From assembly GCA_027064425.1 (NCBI GenBank), contig JAMOPO010000052.1, positions 32,001-96,000 on the forward strand: a stretch of DNA of 64,000 nucleotides, given 5' to 3'. Shown in pieces: positions 48,390 to 56,870 of the stretch. Position 1 is the stretch's first letter. Each line of letters begins with the position of its first letter. The position numbers and the translations under genes are program-made. Source of the DNA: Methanobacteriota archaeon. GTDB taxonomy: Archaea > JAADCQ01 > Methanopyri > Methanopyrales > Methanopyraceae. The notes beneath the pieces were generated by a model. That model worked only from the letters and a program-made list of their open reading frames with translations. It had not been told where the DNA came from and did not search any database.

Positions 48390-49516
48390 GCCTGCTCGAC
48401 CTCCAGACCCATGCCGAGGAGCTCCTGCAGCACCTCCTCGACGAACCTGGCGTACCGGCCTCGCTGGCCCATGAACGGGCCGAAGTCCTTCTGGTCGATC
48501 CACACCTTCAGGTTCGGTCCGGCGATGTCCACGTCGACGATGCGCTCGCCGATCCACGGCACCGGGTGGATGTCCGCGATGAAGTCGATGAAGTCCAGCG
48601 TCAGGTGCGTGACCACGATCCGCATGTTCGTCTCTGCCTCGATGTTGTCGATCCGCTCACCGCCGGTGCCGACCACCCGGCCCACGTGACCCTCCTTGGT
48701 CACGATCACGGCCTGCGGCACGTTCTCCGTGTCGATCTCCAGGTCCTCGGCGATGGGCTCAACGTACAGGACCGTGAGCACGTCAGCGTCCGGCGCCTCG
48801 ACCTTGACCACGTCCATGATCTCCTGCTCCACGTCGTTCAGCTCGCGGTTGCGGACGCGGATCTCCAGCTGCAGGTGCACGCCTCGCTCCGCGCCGGGCC
48901 GCACGATGTCCCGGGTGCCTAGGTCGATCACCGCGGCCTTGGGCTCCTCCGCCAGGATCTCTCGCATGACCGTGGCACCGCACCGCTCCACGTCGATGTC
49001 CTTCTGGAAGACCGGGTCACCGGTGATCAGCAGGCGGGAGTTGTGGCCCATCCGTGCCAGGACCTCGCCGGCGTTCTCCGGCAGCATGTTCTGGACCTCG
49101 TCCAGCAGGATCACGGCGTCGTCGAACGTGCGCCCCCGGACGAAGTGCGTGTCGACGATCATGATCTTCTCCTCTTCCATCAGCCGCTTGAGCTCCCGCC
49201 GACCGGTGAACTGCGAGAGCACGTCCATCACCGGCGTGACGACCATCTCCTCGAACTTCTCCGGCACGTCGGCGGAGCTCATCTCCTCCTTCGTCGCCAC
49301 GTCGACGAGCGGCCGCGTGACGATGAACTTCTCGTACTCGCCCTCCATCACCGCCTTCACGCCGTAGGCGGCGCAGAAGAGCGTCTTACCGGTCCCCGTC
49401 GGGCCGAACACGGCCACGATCTCGTTCTCCTCGTCCAGCAGGGCCTCGTACAGCTCCTTCTGACCGTCCGTCTGGGGCTCTACCCCGAGCAGGTCCTCCA
49501 CCATCTCGCCCTCCAC
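48386..49516 (-). CDS. PhoH-family ATPase with C-terminal KH domains
   Basis: GPTGTGKT, RGRTFD, LDEVQN, RMGHNS, TGD; KH loops VVGTGG and FMGQRG. Confidence 0.9.
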   Translation of the reverse strand: MEGEMVEDLLGVEPQTDGQKELYEALLDEENEIVAVFGPTGTGKTLFCAAYGVKAVMEGEYEKFIVTRPLVDVATKEEMSSADVPEKFEEMVVTPVMDVLSQFTGRRELKRLMEEEKIMIVDTHFVRGRTFDDAVILLDEVQNMLPENAGEVLARMGHNSRLLITGDPVFQKDIDVERCGATVMREILAEEPKAAVIDLGTRDIVRPGAERGVHLQLEIRVRNRELNDVEQEIMDVVKVEAPDADVLTVLYVEPIAEDLEIDTENVPQAVIVTKEGHVGRVVGTGGERIDNIEAETNMRIVVTHLTLDFIDFIADIHPVPWIGERIVDVDIAGPNLKVWIDQKDFGPFMGQRGRYARFVEEVLQELLGMGLEVEQA

Positions 49517-49525
49517 CCCCAGCCG

Positions 49526-50323
49526 TCATCTACCGAACCTTCTCTCCCGCTTCTGGAAGTCTCGGATCGCCCGGAGCAGGTCGATCTTGCGGAACTCAGG
49601 CCAGTACACGTCCACGAAGTACAGCTCGGAGTACGCGGAGTACCACAAGAGGAAGTTACTCAACCGCTCCTCACCGCTCGTCCGGATGATGAGCTCAGGA
49701 TCGGGCAGGTCACCCACGTAGATGTAGTCGCGGAACGTCTCCTCGTCTATGTCGTGCGGGTTCAACCGGCCCGATTTAACGTCTTGGGCTATCTCTCGCA
49801 CCGCATCGATGATTTCCTGTCTGCCCCCGTACGCCACCGCCACGTTCAGGAACCGCTCCGAGTAGTCCCGCGTGGCCTCCTCCGCCGCCTTGATCGCCTC
49901 CCGCACCCGACGAGGCAGGAGGTGCAGTCGACCCACCGCTCGGATGGCCACCTTCCGCCGGTGAATCCGCTCGCTCTTCGCCAGCGCCCGAAACCGCTCC
50001 TCCATCAGGTCGAAGAGGCGCCGCAGCTCCTCCTTAGGACGGTTCAGGTTCTCGGTGGAGAGGGCGTAAACCGTGACGATCCTAACGCCGAGATCGTAGC
50101 ACCACTCCAGCACCTCCTCGAGCTTGTTCGCCCCGTAACGGTGCCCCTCCCACGGCTTCAACCCAAGCTCTCGGGCGAACCTCCGATTACCATCCATTAT
50201 GATGCCGACGTGCTCGGGGATCTTCCCCCGCCGCACCTTCCGCTCCAGCACCCGCTCGTACATCTTATATACCGGCTTGAGGGACGCCCGGACGACCTGC
50301 CTCATTGCGCGGCGTGGGCTCAT
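49526..50323 (-). CDS. uppS: cis-prenyltransferase (undecaprenyl diphosphate synthase)
   Basis: HVGIIMDGNRR, ALSTENLNR, YGGRQEI, IRTSGEERLSNF, RRFGR; start uncertain. Confidence 0.96.
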   Translation of the reverse strand: MSPRRAMRQVVRASLKPVYKMYERVLERKVRRGKIPEHVGIIMDGNRRFARELGLKPWEGHRYGANKLEEVLEWCYDLGVRIVTVYALSTENLNRPKEELRRLFDLMEERFRALAKSERIHRRKVAIRAVGRLHLLPRRVREAIKAAEEATRDYSERFLNVAVAYGGRQEIIDAVREIAQDVKSGRLNPHDIDEETFRDYIYVGDLPDPELIIRTSGEERLSNFLLWYSAYSELYFVDVYWPEFRKIDLLRAIRDFQKRERRFGR

Positions 50324-50384
50324 GGACGCGATCCTGTCAAGGACCGGCGGTAACTTCCGCTCACCCCCTCGGGGGGTCGGCACG

Positions 50385-50879
50385 ATGATCGGGCTGATCT
50401 CGGACACGCACGACAACCTGAAGGCCGTGGACGAGCTGGCGGACCGACTTAATGACGTGGGCGTTGAGGTCGTCCTGCACGCCGGCGACTACATCGCGCC
50501 GTTCACGATCCCCGAGCTGGCGAAGGTCGAGTGCGAGGAGTTTATAGGCGTTTTCGGAAACAACGACGGCGAGCGCGACTTCCTCCGGGAGAAGGCCGAA
50601 GAGGTCGGCTTTAACCTCGCTGGAGAGGTCTTCACGGGGGAGGTCCTCGGGCTGAAAGTGGCCATGGTGCACGGCCACGAGGAGGCGGTCGTCGAAGCCC
50701 TCGCCCGCTCCGGCCAGTACGACGTGGTCGTCTACGGGCACACTCACGAGCCCGAGGAGCGTAAAGAGGGAGACACCCTCGTCGTGAACCCGGGCGAGGC
50801 CTGCGGGTACGTGACCGGGCGTCGCACCGTCGCCGTGCTGGACCCGGACGAGCTCACCGTTGAGATGATTGAGTTTTAG
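50385..50879 (+). CDS. Metallophosphoesterase (YfcE/MJ0936-like)
   Basis: SDTHDN, HAGD, GNND, HG, GHTH, NPGE; ATG 50385. Confidence 0.93.
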   Translation: MIGLISDTHDNLKAVDELADRLNDVGVEVVLHAGDYIAPFTIPELAKVECEEFIGVFGNNDGERDFLREKAEEVGFNLAGEVFTGEVLGLKVAMVHGHEEAVVEALARSGQYDVVVYGHTHEPEERKEGDTLVVNPGEACGYVTGRRTVAVLDPDELTVEMIEF

Positions 50880-50885
50880 GAACCG

Positions 50886-52091
50886 ATGACGAGCACGGCC
50901 TTCGCCCGACGGGGTGATGACATCCACCCGAGCCGAGGACTCCCCCCGTTCGCCAGGCCCGACCTGGACGACCCCCGAGTGGTGAACTTCCTCCGCGCCC
51001 GCACTCGGGACTACTCCCGGCTACTCTCCACGCTCACCGCCCCCGTCCGCTGGTACACCCTTCGAGTTAACACGCTGAAAACAGACCGCGACAGCGTCCT
51101 CGAGCTCCTGTCCGAGGAGTTCCCGGATCGGCGCGTCCGCCCCTCCCCCTACTCCGATCACGCCGTGGAGATCGAGGTTAAGGGCCCGTACCGGATCCCG
51201 CGCGAGGAGCGGGTCGTGGTGGTCGACAAGTTCGCGGCGGAGAGCGTGTACGTGGGCGCCGACCTGTACGCTCCCGGCGTGCTCGAGGCCGAGGGTGTGA
51301 GGAAAGGGGACCGAGTGACGGTCGTCTCCGAGCGCGGTCATCCGGTGGCCGTCGGTGTCGCCGAGATGGATGGGGAGGAGATGGAGGAGCGGGACCGGGG
51401 GCTGGCCGTCCGCATCGAGCGCTCCGCGTACAGTGCTCCCAAGGTGCGAGCCACCCGCGCCTACGCCAAGGGATGGATTTACTCCCAGGGGCTCCCCTCC
51501 ATCCTCGCCGTCGAGGCCCTCGACCCTCAGCCGGGTGAGTCCGTCATCGACCTGTGCGCCGCACCGGGCGGCAAGTGCTCGTACGTCGCCCAGCTCACGG
51601 GCCCCGACTCCAAAATCGTCGCCATCGATCGGTCCAGACCTCGCCTGGAGAAGATGGAGCGGAGGCTGAAGCGGCTCGGCATCGACTGGGTCAGGGTGAT
51701 CCACGGGGACGCCCGAGAGGTGGTGCGGCAGCGGTTCCGGGAGCGGTTCGACGTGGCGATCGTGGACCCTCCCTGCACCGCCCTGGGCGTGCGGCCCAAG
51801 CTGTGGATCGAGGCGACCTACGAGGAGTGCGTGGGGCTACCCTCTTACCAGTTCTCCCTGCTCAAGGCCGGCTACGAGGCCCTGGTGGAGGGCGGGCGAC
51901 TGCTCTACGCCACCTGCACGCTGACTCGTGAGGAGAACGAGCTCGTCGTTCGGAGGGCCGTCGAGGAGCTGGGGATGGAGCCCATCACCAGGGTGCTCGA
52001 GCCCGCCAAACCCTGCGGGCACGGCGCGATCTTCCTACCGCACGAGGCGGACACGCCCGGCTTCTTCTACGCCGTGCTCAGGAAGGAGTAG
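50886..52091 (+). CDS. RsmB/NOL1 RNA m5C methyltransferase with PUA domain (NSUN6-like)
   Basis: LRVNT, GADLYAPGV, DLCAAPGGK, DPPC, YATCT, EENE. Confidence 0.92.
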   Translation: MTSTAFARRGDDIHPSRGLPPFARPDLDDPRVVNFLRARTRDYSRLLSTLTAPVRWYTLRVNTLKTDRDSVLELLSEEFPDRRVRPSPYSDHAVEIEVKGPYRIPREERVVVVDKFAAESVYVGADLYAPGVLEAEGVRKGDRVTVVSERGHPVAVGVAEMDGEEMEERDRGLAVRIERSAYSAPKVRATRAYAKGWIYSQGLPSILAVEALDPQPGESVIDLCAAPGGKCSYVAQLTGPDSKIVAIDRSRPRLEKMERRLKRLGIDWVRVIHGDAREVVRQRFRERFDVAIVDPPCTALGVRPKLWIEATYEECVGLPSYQFSLLKAGYEALVEGGRLLYATCTLTREENELVVRRAVEELGMEPITRVLEPAKPCGHGAIFLPHEADTPGFFYAVLRKE

Positions 52092-53135
52092 GTGGGAGTC
52101 CCCGTGATCGGCTGGACGCTCGACAGGAAGATGGTGGCGGCGATGGCCGCGGGCGTGGCCATTCTCGCCCTCATGATCTGGTCCTTTAACCCCCGCGAGA
52201 TCGTCTCCGCCCTGTACCGCGTGAACCCCACCTTCCTCGCGCTGGCCGTCATCGTGCAGCTGGTCGACCTAGCCCTGTGGTCCCTCCGCTGGCACACCGT
52301 CCTCGAGCGGGCCGGCGTGAGGGCGCCGTTCGTCCTAACCTTCCTCATCAACAACGTTTCCATGCTGGTCAACAACGTGACCCCGAGCGCCCGGAGCGGC
52401 GGGGAGCCCCTCCGGGTGTACCTCCTGTCCCGGCTCACGGGCCACCGGGTCCGCGACGTGGCCTCCTCGGTGGCGATCGACCGGATCCTCGACTACTTCC
52501 CCCTGATCGTTCTCCTCTTGGTCAGCATGGTGGCGATGCTTCGGACCGGGGGGAAGATAGTCCACCTGCTCGCGGCCGGGGCGCTATTCCTCACGGCCGC
52601 GCTCGTGTTTTCCGTTTGGACCATGGCTAACGAGCGGATAATACTCCGTTTCGGGGCGGGCGTATCCCGACTCCTCTCCCGCCTGCGGCCGGACAAAAAG
52701 ATCGACGCAGAGCGCGTCGAGCGCTGGGCCCGACGCTTCGTCCGCAGCTTCCGGAGCCTGCTCGCCGATCCCGGCACGCTCGTCCGAGGGGTCACCGTGT
52801 CCGTCGCCGTGTGGGCGTGCGAGATCCTGCGCACGTACCTCGTCTTCCTGTCCCTCGGGTGCCCCGTCTCCCTGCCCGTAGTCGTGGTGGGGTTCACGGT
52901 CTCCATGCTGGTAGGAGTGCTGCCGTTGCTCCCCGGCGGGCTGGGGGCGGTGGAGGTCTCCACGGCCTCGACGTACGCGGTGCTGGGGATCGATCGGGGC
53001 ACCAGCGCCGCCGCGGTGATCCTCGACAGGGCAATCTCTTATTGGATGGTCAACGCGATTGGGCTAGTGAGTTTGCTGCACGTTTCTCGCAGGAAAGGCA
53101 GGGGAGAGTCGGAAGATGCCGTACGAGCTGGGTAA
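52092..53135 (+). CDS. LPG-synthase TM/flippase-like membrane protein
   Basis: RW, NNVTPSARSGGEPLR, DRILD, LPGGLGAVE. Confidence 0.88.
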   Translation: MGVPVIGWTLDRKMVAAMAAGVAILALMIWSFNPREIVSALYRVNPTFLALAVIVQLVDLALWSLRWHTVLERAGVRAPFVLTFLINNVSMLVNNVTPSARSGGEPLRVYLLSRLTGHRVRDVASSVAIDRILDYFPLIVLLLVSMVAMLRTGGKIVHLLAAGALFLTAALVFSVWTMANERIILRFGAGVSRLLSRLRPDKKIDAERVERWARRFVRSFRSLLADPGTLVRGVTVSVAVWACEILRTYLVFLSLGCPVSLPVVVVGFTVSMLVGVLPLLPGGLGAVEVSTASTYAVLGIDRGTSAAAVILDRAISYWMVNAIGLVSLLHVSRRKGRGESEDAVRAG

Positions 53136-53472
53136 AGTTGAGACGGTCATACGACCCACGGACGACGGGGTCGTGTCCGCCGACCAACGGGTCCTCGCCA
53201 CGGTCAGCCTTCACCGCGGCCCCACTATCATCGCGGAGGTCGATCCGCGGCTGGCCGGCGAGCTCGAGGAGGACGATTACGTGATCGTGGACCTACCGCT
53301 GGTCCCGTCCCCCAACGAGGCCCGCCCACAACCAAAGATAGTTAAAATTATTAAGGATGAGAAGCTCGTGAACAGGATGAAGGCCGAGATTGAGAAGGAG
53401 CCGGAGACCGTCATGCCCACGGTTGTGCCCGGGCAGCCCCCGACACCCCCGCCCGAGGACATGTTCGGCTGA
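53116..53472 (+). CDS. Hypothetical OB-fold-like protein with Pro-rich tail
   Basis: Beta-rich core (GKVETV..VDPRLAGELEEDDYVIVD), tail PGQPPTPPPEDMFG. Confidence 0.7.
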   Translation: MPYELGKVETVIRPTDDGVVSADQRVLATVSLHRGPTIIAEVDPRLAGELEEDDYVIVDLPLVPSPNEARPQPKIVKIIKDEKLVNRMKAEIEKEPETVMPTVVPGQPPTPPPEDMFG

Positions 53473-53506
53473 CCTCGCTAATTAACCGGTGAGGGGCTAC
53501 TCCGGA

Positions 53507-55351
53507 ATGATCTTCCGCCGCAGAAAGTCCGAGGAGGAGGGAGAGGAAGAGGAGGCTCCCCGCCTCAAGCTGCCGGCGAGCAAGGGCGAGGAGGAAGAGC
53601 GGGAGGAGGGAGAGAAGGAAGCCCCCAAGCTGAAGCTTCCCAAGCCTGATCGGGAGGAGGAGTCCGAGGAGGAGGAAGAGGAGACGGGCACCGTCAAGCT
53701 CAAGCTTAAACCTCCCAAGCCGGAGGAGGTGGAGGAGGCTGAAGAGGAGGCCGAGGCTGAGGCCGCCGAGGAGGAAGAGGAGGAGAAGGCCGAGGCCGCA
53801 CCGGGCGCGGAGGAGGAGCTGGAGCGGCTCAAGGAGGAGAACGAGCGGCTCCGGCGGGAGCTTGAGGAGTGGAAGAACAAGGCGGAGAGCGTGCTCAGCG
53901 AGCGGGACCGGCTGCGTGAGGAGGTCAAGCGGCTGAAGGAGGAGCTGAAGGAGCGAGAGGAGGAGCTGGACCGGTACGTCAAGGCGACCAAGCGGCTGAA
54001 GGAGAAGGTTGAGGAGCTCAAGTCGAAGTACGATGATATCAAGTCCGAGGCGGAGGAGTACCGCAGCAAGTACGAGGAGGCGGTCCAGAAGCAGAAGGAG
54101 CTCAAGTCGAAGCTGGAGGACCTCTCGGAGCAGAACAAGAAGCTGGTGAAGAGCGTCAAGCGGCTCAAGAGCAAGTACGAGGAGGTCAAGAAGGAGCGGG
54201 AGGAGCTCGAGCGGAAACTGGAGGAGCTGTCCGAGGCGGAGAAGAAGATCGAGGAGCTCAAGAGCAAGCTGAAGGAGCTGGAGGAGGAGCGGAACAAGCT
54301 CAAGAAGCGCGTGGAGGAGCTCGGCTCGGAGAACAAGAAGCTACGCTCGGACCTGAAGGAGGCGGAGAAGCGGGTAGAGGAGCTGTCCTCCAAGCTTAAG
54401 GAGCGGGAGAAGAAGCTCCGGCGGTCCCGGAAGCAGATCGAGAAGCTGCGCCGAGAAGTCAAGCAGAGGGACGAGAAGATTCAGGAGCTCAAGGAGAGGA
54501 TCAGCGAGCTCACCGCGCAGATCAAGCGGTACGAGGAGGGCGAGCAGCTGCTCATCCCGGCCGGTACCGAGATGGCGGTAGCCCGAGTCAGCGGCAGCCT
54601 GGTCGTAGGCAAGGACTCCGCGATCAAGTCGCTGCACGACGAGGAGCCCATCCTCGTCAAGGACAGCGTCACCATCCGCGACAACTCGCGCGTGCACGGT
54701 ACCATCGTGGCCAACGAGGTTGAGATCGGCAAGAACGTCAAGGTAGTGGGCGACGTGATCTCCAAGAACGGCGTCAAGATCCGCGAGAACGCGGAGATCG
54801 AGGGCAACGTGGTCTCCATGGACTCGGTCGAGGTGGGGTCCGGTGCCCGGATCGGCGGATCGATCGTGGCCGGCTCCGACACGGCGCTGGCCAGCAACGT
54901 GAAGGTCTCGGGCGTCATCATCGCCCCGGGCAAGATCAAGGCCTCGGAGGGGCTGAACGCCTCGGCGCTGATCTGCAAGGAGCTGGAGACGACCGGCTCC
55001 GTCGAGTGCGACTACATCCTCTCCGACGAGCGCGTCAAGCTCGGCGACGGCAGCTCCGTGAAGACGGTCATCGTGAAGGAGGGTCCGGTCGAGCAGGGCG
55101 CGAGCTCGTGCATCTACAGCGGCTCGCTGTCCGTCAAGGATGCCGACAGCTTCACCGTGTACGTTGACGGTGACGCGTTCGACACGCCCGAGGCCAACGA
55201 CGTGCTGAAGAAGATCCTATCCAGGACCGAGTTCCTGGGCCCGCTGAGGCTCGTGGACGACCGCAACAACGCCCGCTTCGTCCTGGACAGCTTCACCGAC
55301 ATCGGCGTCGCGGAGCTCGTCCGGGAGATCAGGGAGGAGCTGGGGGTCTAG
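53507..55351 (+). CDS. Acidic linker + long coiled coil + bactofilin-like beta-helix protein
   Basis: About 240 aa E/K heptads, then repeats like VxIGxxxxVxGxV; ATG 53507 (GTG 53489 alternative). Confidence 0.85.
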   Translation: MIFRRRKSEEEGEEEEAPRLKLPASKGEEEEREEGEKEAPKLKLPKPDREEESEEEEEETGTVKLKLKPPKPEEVEEAEEEAEAEAAEEEEEEKAEAAPGAEEELERLKEENERLRRELEEWKNKAESVLSERDRLREEVKRLKEELKEREEELDRYVKATKRLKEKVEELKSKYDDIKSEAEEYRSKYEEAVQKQKELKSKLEDLSEQNKKLVKSVKRLKSKYEEVKKEREELERKLEELSEAEKKIEELKSKLKELEEERNKLKKRVEELGSENKKLRSDLKEAEKRVEELSSKLKEREKKLRRSRKQIEKLRREVKQRDEKIQELKERISELTAQIKRYEEGEQLLIPAGTEMAVARVSGSLVVGKDSAIKSLHDEEPILVKDSVTIRDNSRVHGTIVANEVEIGKNVKVVGDVISKNGVKIRENAEIEGNVVSMDSVEVGSGARIGGSIVAGSDTALASNVKVSGVIIAPGKIKASEGLNASALICKELETTGSVECDYILSDERVKLGDGSSVKTVIVKEGPVEQGASSCIYSGSLSVKDADSFTVYVDGDAFDTPEANDVLKKILSRTEFLGPLRLVDDRNNARFVLDSFTDIGVAELVREIREELGV

Positions 55352-56367
55352 GTGAGCAGCCCCCACTCCTCACCAACGTACCAGTGAACCGACGTACCCT
55401 CCCGCTCGTAGCCACGCCCCTTAATCCTCCACCCGTTTCCATCTCGCCTTACCACGCACAGTACCCTGCCCACCTCCCTGCGCGACAGGACCAGCTCGTT
55501 CTCCTCCGGCAGGTAGCAGACGCGGAGCTCGCCCCCCTCCGAAACCCTGGCCCGCTCCCTCAGCCTTCCGTTGACCTCCAGCCTCGCGCTCCCTCCCTCC
55601 TTAAGAACCAGCTCGTAGAAGTCCAGCCTGTCGACCACCCTTTCTCCGATCACCAGCGAGCGCTCCGGCACGTCTCCCTCAACCCGTGAGCCGGCCCCCA
55701 CCACCGACCACCGCCCAACCCGCGCGTCTCGCACCGAGGCGCCCATGCCCACGAAGCACCGTTCGCCGATCTCCGACCCTTCGATCCGCGCCCCGTCCCC
55801 GACGAAGGTCAGCGGACCCAGCTCCGAGTCCTGAACTGCACAGTGCGAGGACACACTCACGCGCTTGTGCAGCGTCGAGCGGACGACCCGGCTGAAGTTG
55901 GAGATCATGACGCCCCCGTGGATCGTGGAGTCCACGACCTCCGTGAAGGCCGCCACCCTCGCGTTGCCGCGGATGCGGACGCCCCGCGCCCGCACGTGCT
56001 GCGGGTGCTTGAAGGCCGGGCACTCGAAGACGTCCTCCCCGCACTCCACCCTGAACCACCGGTTCACTGGGGCGCGCTCCGGGTCCACGACCACGGTCAG
56101 ATCCAGGAAGACCCGGCGTCTCCACCGTCTCTCTAGCAGCTTCCTGGCCTCGATTCCAATCCGCTTGATCGTCCGGCCGCCGCGCCCGATCACGGTTCCC
56201 TTCAGCGAGTCCTTGTGGACGACGAGCTCCGCCCGGACGTATAGGACGTCGCGCCGCCGCAGCCCGGGTCGGACCTCCCGGACGTCCACCCCAACCTCTC
56301 GGGGGAGGGAGCCGTGAAGGACGCGCCGGAGGGCCTCCCGAATGGCCCGGCGCGCGTCACTCCTCAA
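55348..56367 (-). CDS. Era-type KH domain fused to hexapeptide left-handed beta-helix
   Basis: IREAL..LP..LVVHKDSLKGTVIGRGGRTIKRIGIEARKLLE..VFLDLTV; then IGERCFVGMGASV..VGAGS; start uncertain (TTG 56367). Confidence 0.78.
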   Translation of the reverse strand: MRSDARRAIREALRRVLHGSLPREVGVDVREVRPGLRRRDVLYVRAELVVHKDSLKGTVIGRGGRTIKRIGIEARKLLERRWRRRVFLDLTVVVDPERAPVNRWFRVECGEDVFECPAFKHPQHVRARGVRIRGNARVAAFTEVVDSTIHGGVMISNFSRVVRSTLHKRVSVSSHCAVQDSELGPLTFVGDGARIEGSEIGERCFVGMGASVRDARVGRWSVVGAGSRVEGDVPERSLVIGERVVDRLDFYELVLKEGGSARLEVNGRLRERARVSEGGELRVCYLPEENELVLSRREVGRVLCVVRRDGNGWRIKGRGYEREGTSVHWYVGEEWGLLT

Positions 56368-56869
56368 CCGGGACGATGTAGTACTCGTAGTTCGGCCGGC
56401 GCTGCGCCCGGACCGCCTCCTGCTCACACACGTACACCACCAGGCAGGGGTGGGGGGCCTCCACGTACCGGACGTCTCCCCGCCTCGTCGTGACCGCGGC
56501 CAGTGGGTCTCCCTTCTTCAACCGGTCCCCCACGTCGGCGACCGGGGTCACCACGTACCCTTCCACTGGGAGCTGGTAGACCCGCTCTCCGGGCTTCAGG
56601 AAGACCAGCGAGTGCCGGTCGGGCGGCTCGATGATCACGTGCCGGGTGACGCGAGCCTCGATGGCGTCGAACGCGGCCTTCGCCTCCTCGTAGACCACCT
56701 TGCGGCAGACGATCGGGTTGTCCAGTTCCTCGATCAGCCGGCGGGCCAGCCCGCGGGAGCGCACGACGACGTTGAACTCCTCGTCCGTCAGGATGAAGTC
56801 GTCGTCGGGGAGCTCCCCGTCCTCGAGCTCCTCCTCGTCGACCTCGAGGAAGAACCGGGCGAGCGGCAT
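56357..56869 (-). CDS. DUF2118-like protein (barrel-sandwich hybrid domain)
   Basis: PVEGYVVTPVADVGDRLKKGDPLAAVTTRRGDVRYVEAP. Confidence 0.78.
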   Translation of the reverse strand: MPLARFFLEVDEEELEDGELPDDDFILTDEEFNVVVRSRGLARRLIEELDNPIVCRKVVYEEAKAAFDAIEARVTRHVIIEPPDRHSLVFLKPGERVYQLPVEGYVVTPVADVGDRLKKGDPLAAVTTRRGDVRYVEAPHPCLVVYVCEQEAVRAQRRPNYEYYIVPVEE

Positions 56870-56870
56870 G

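Noticed and set aside
53520-54540. GAG/AAG-rich periodic DNA resembling a repeat array
   Set aside because: Explained by Glu/Lys coiled-coil coding; no fixed repeat-spacer structure, so not CRISPR
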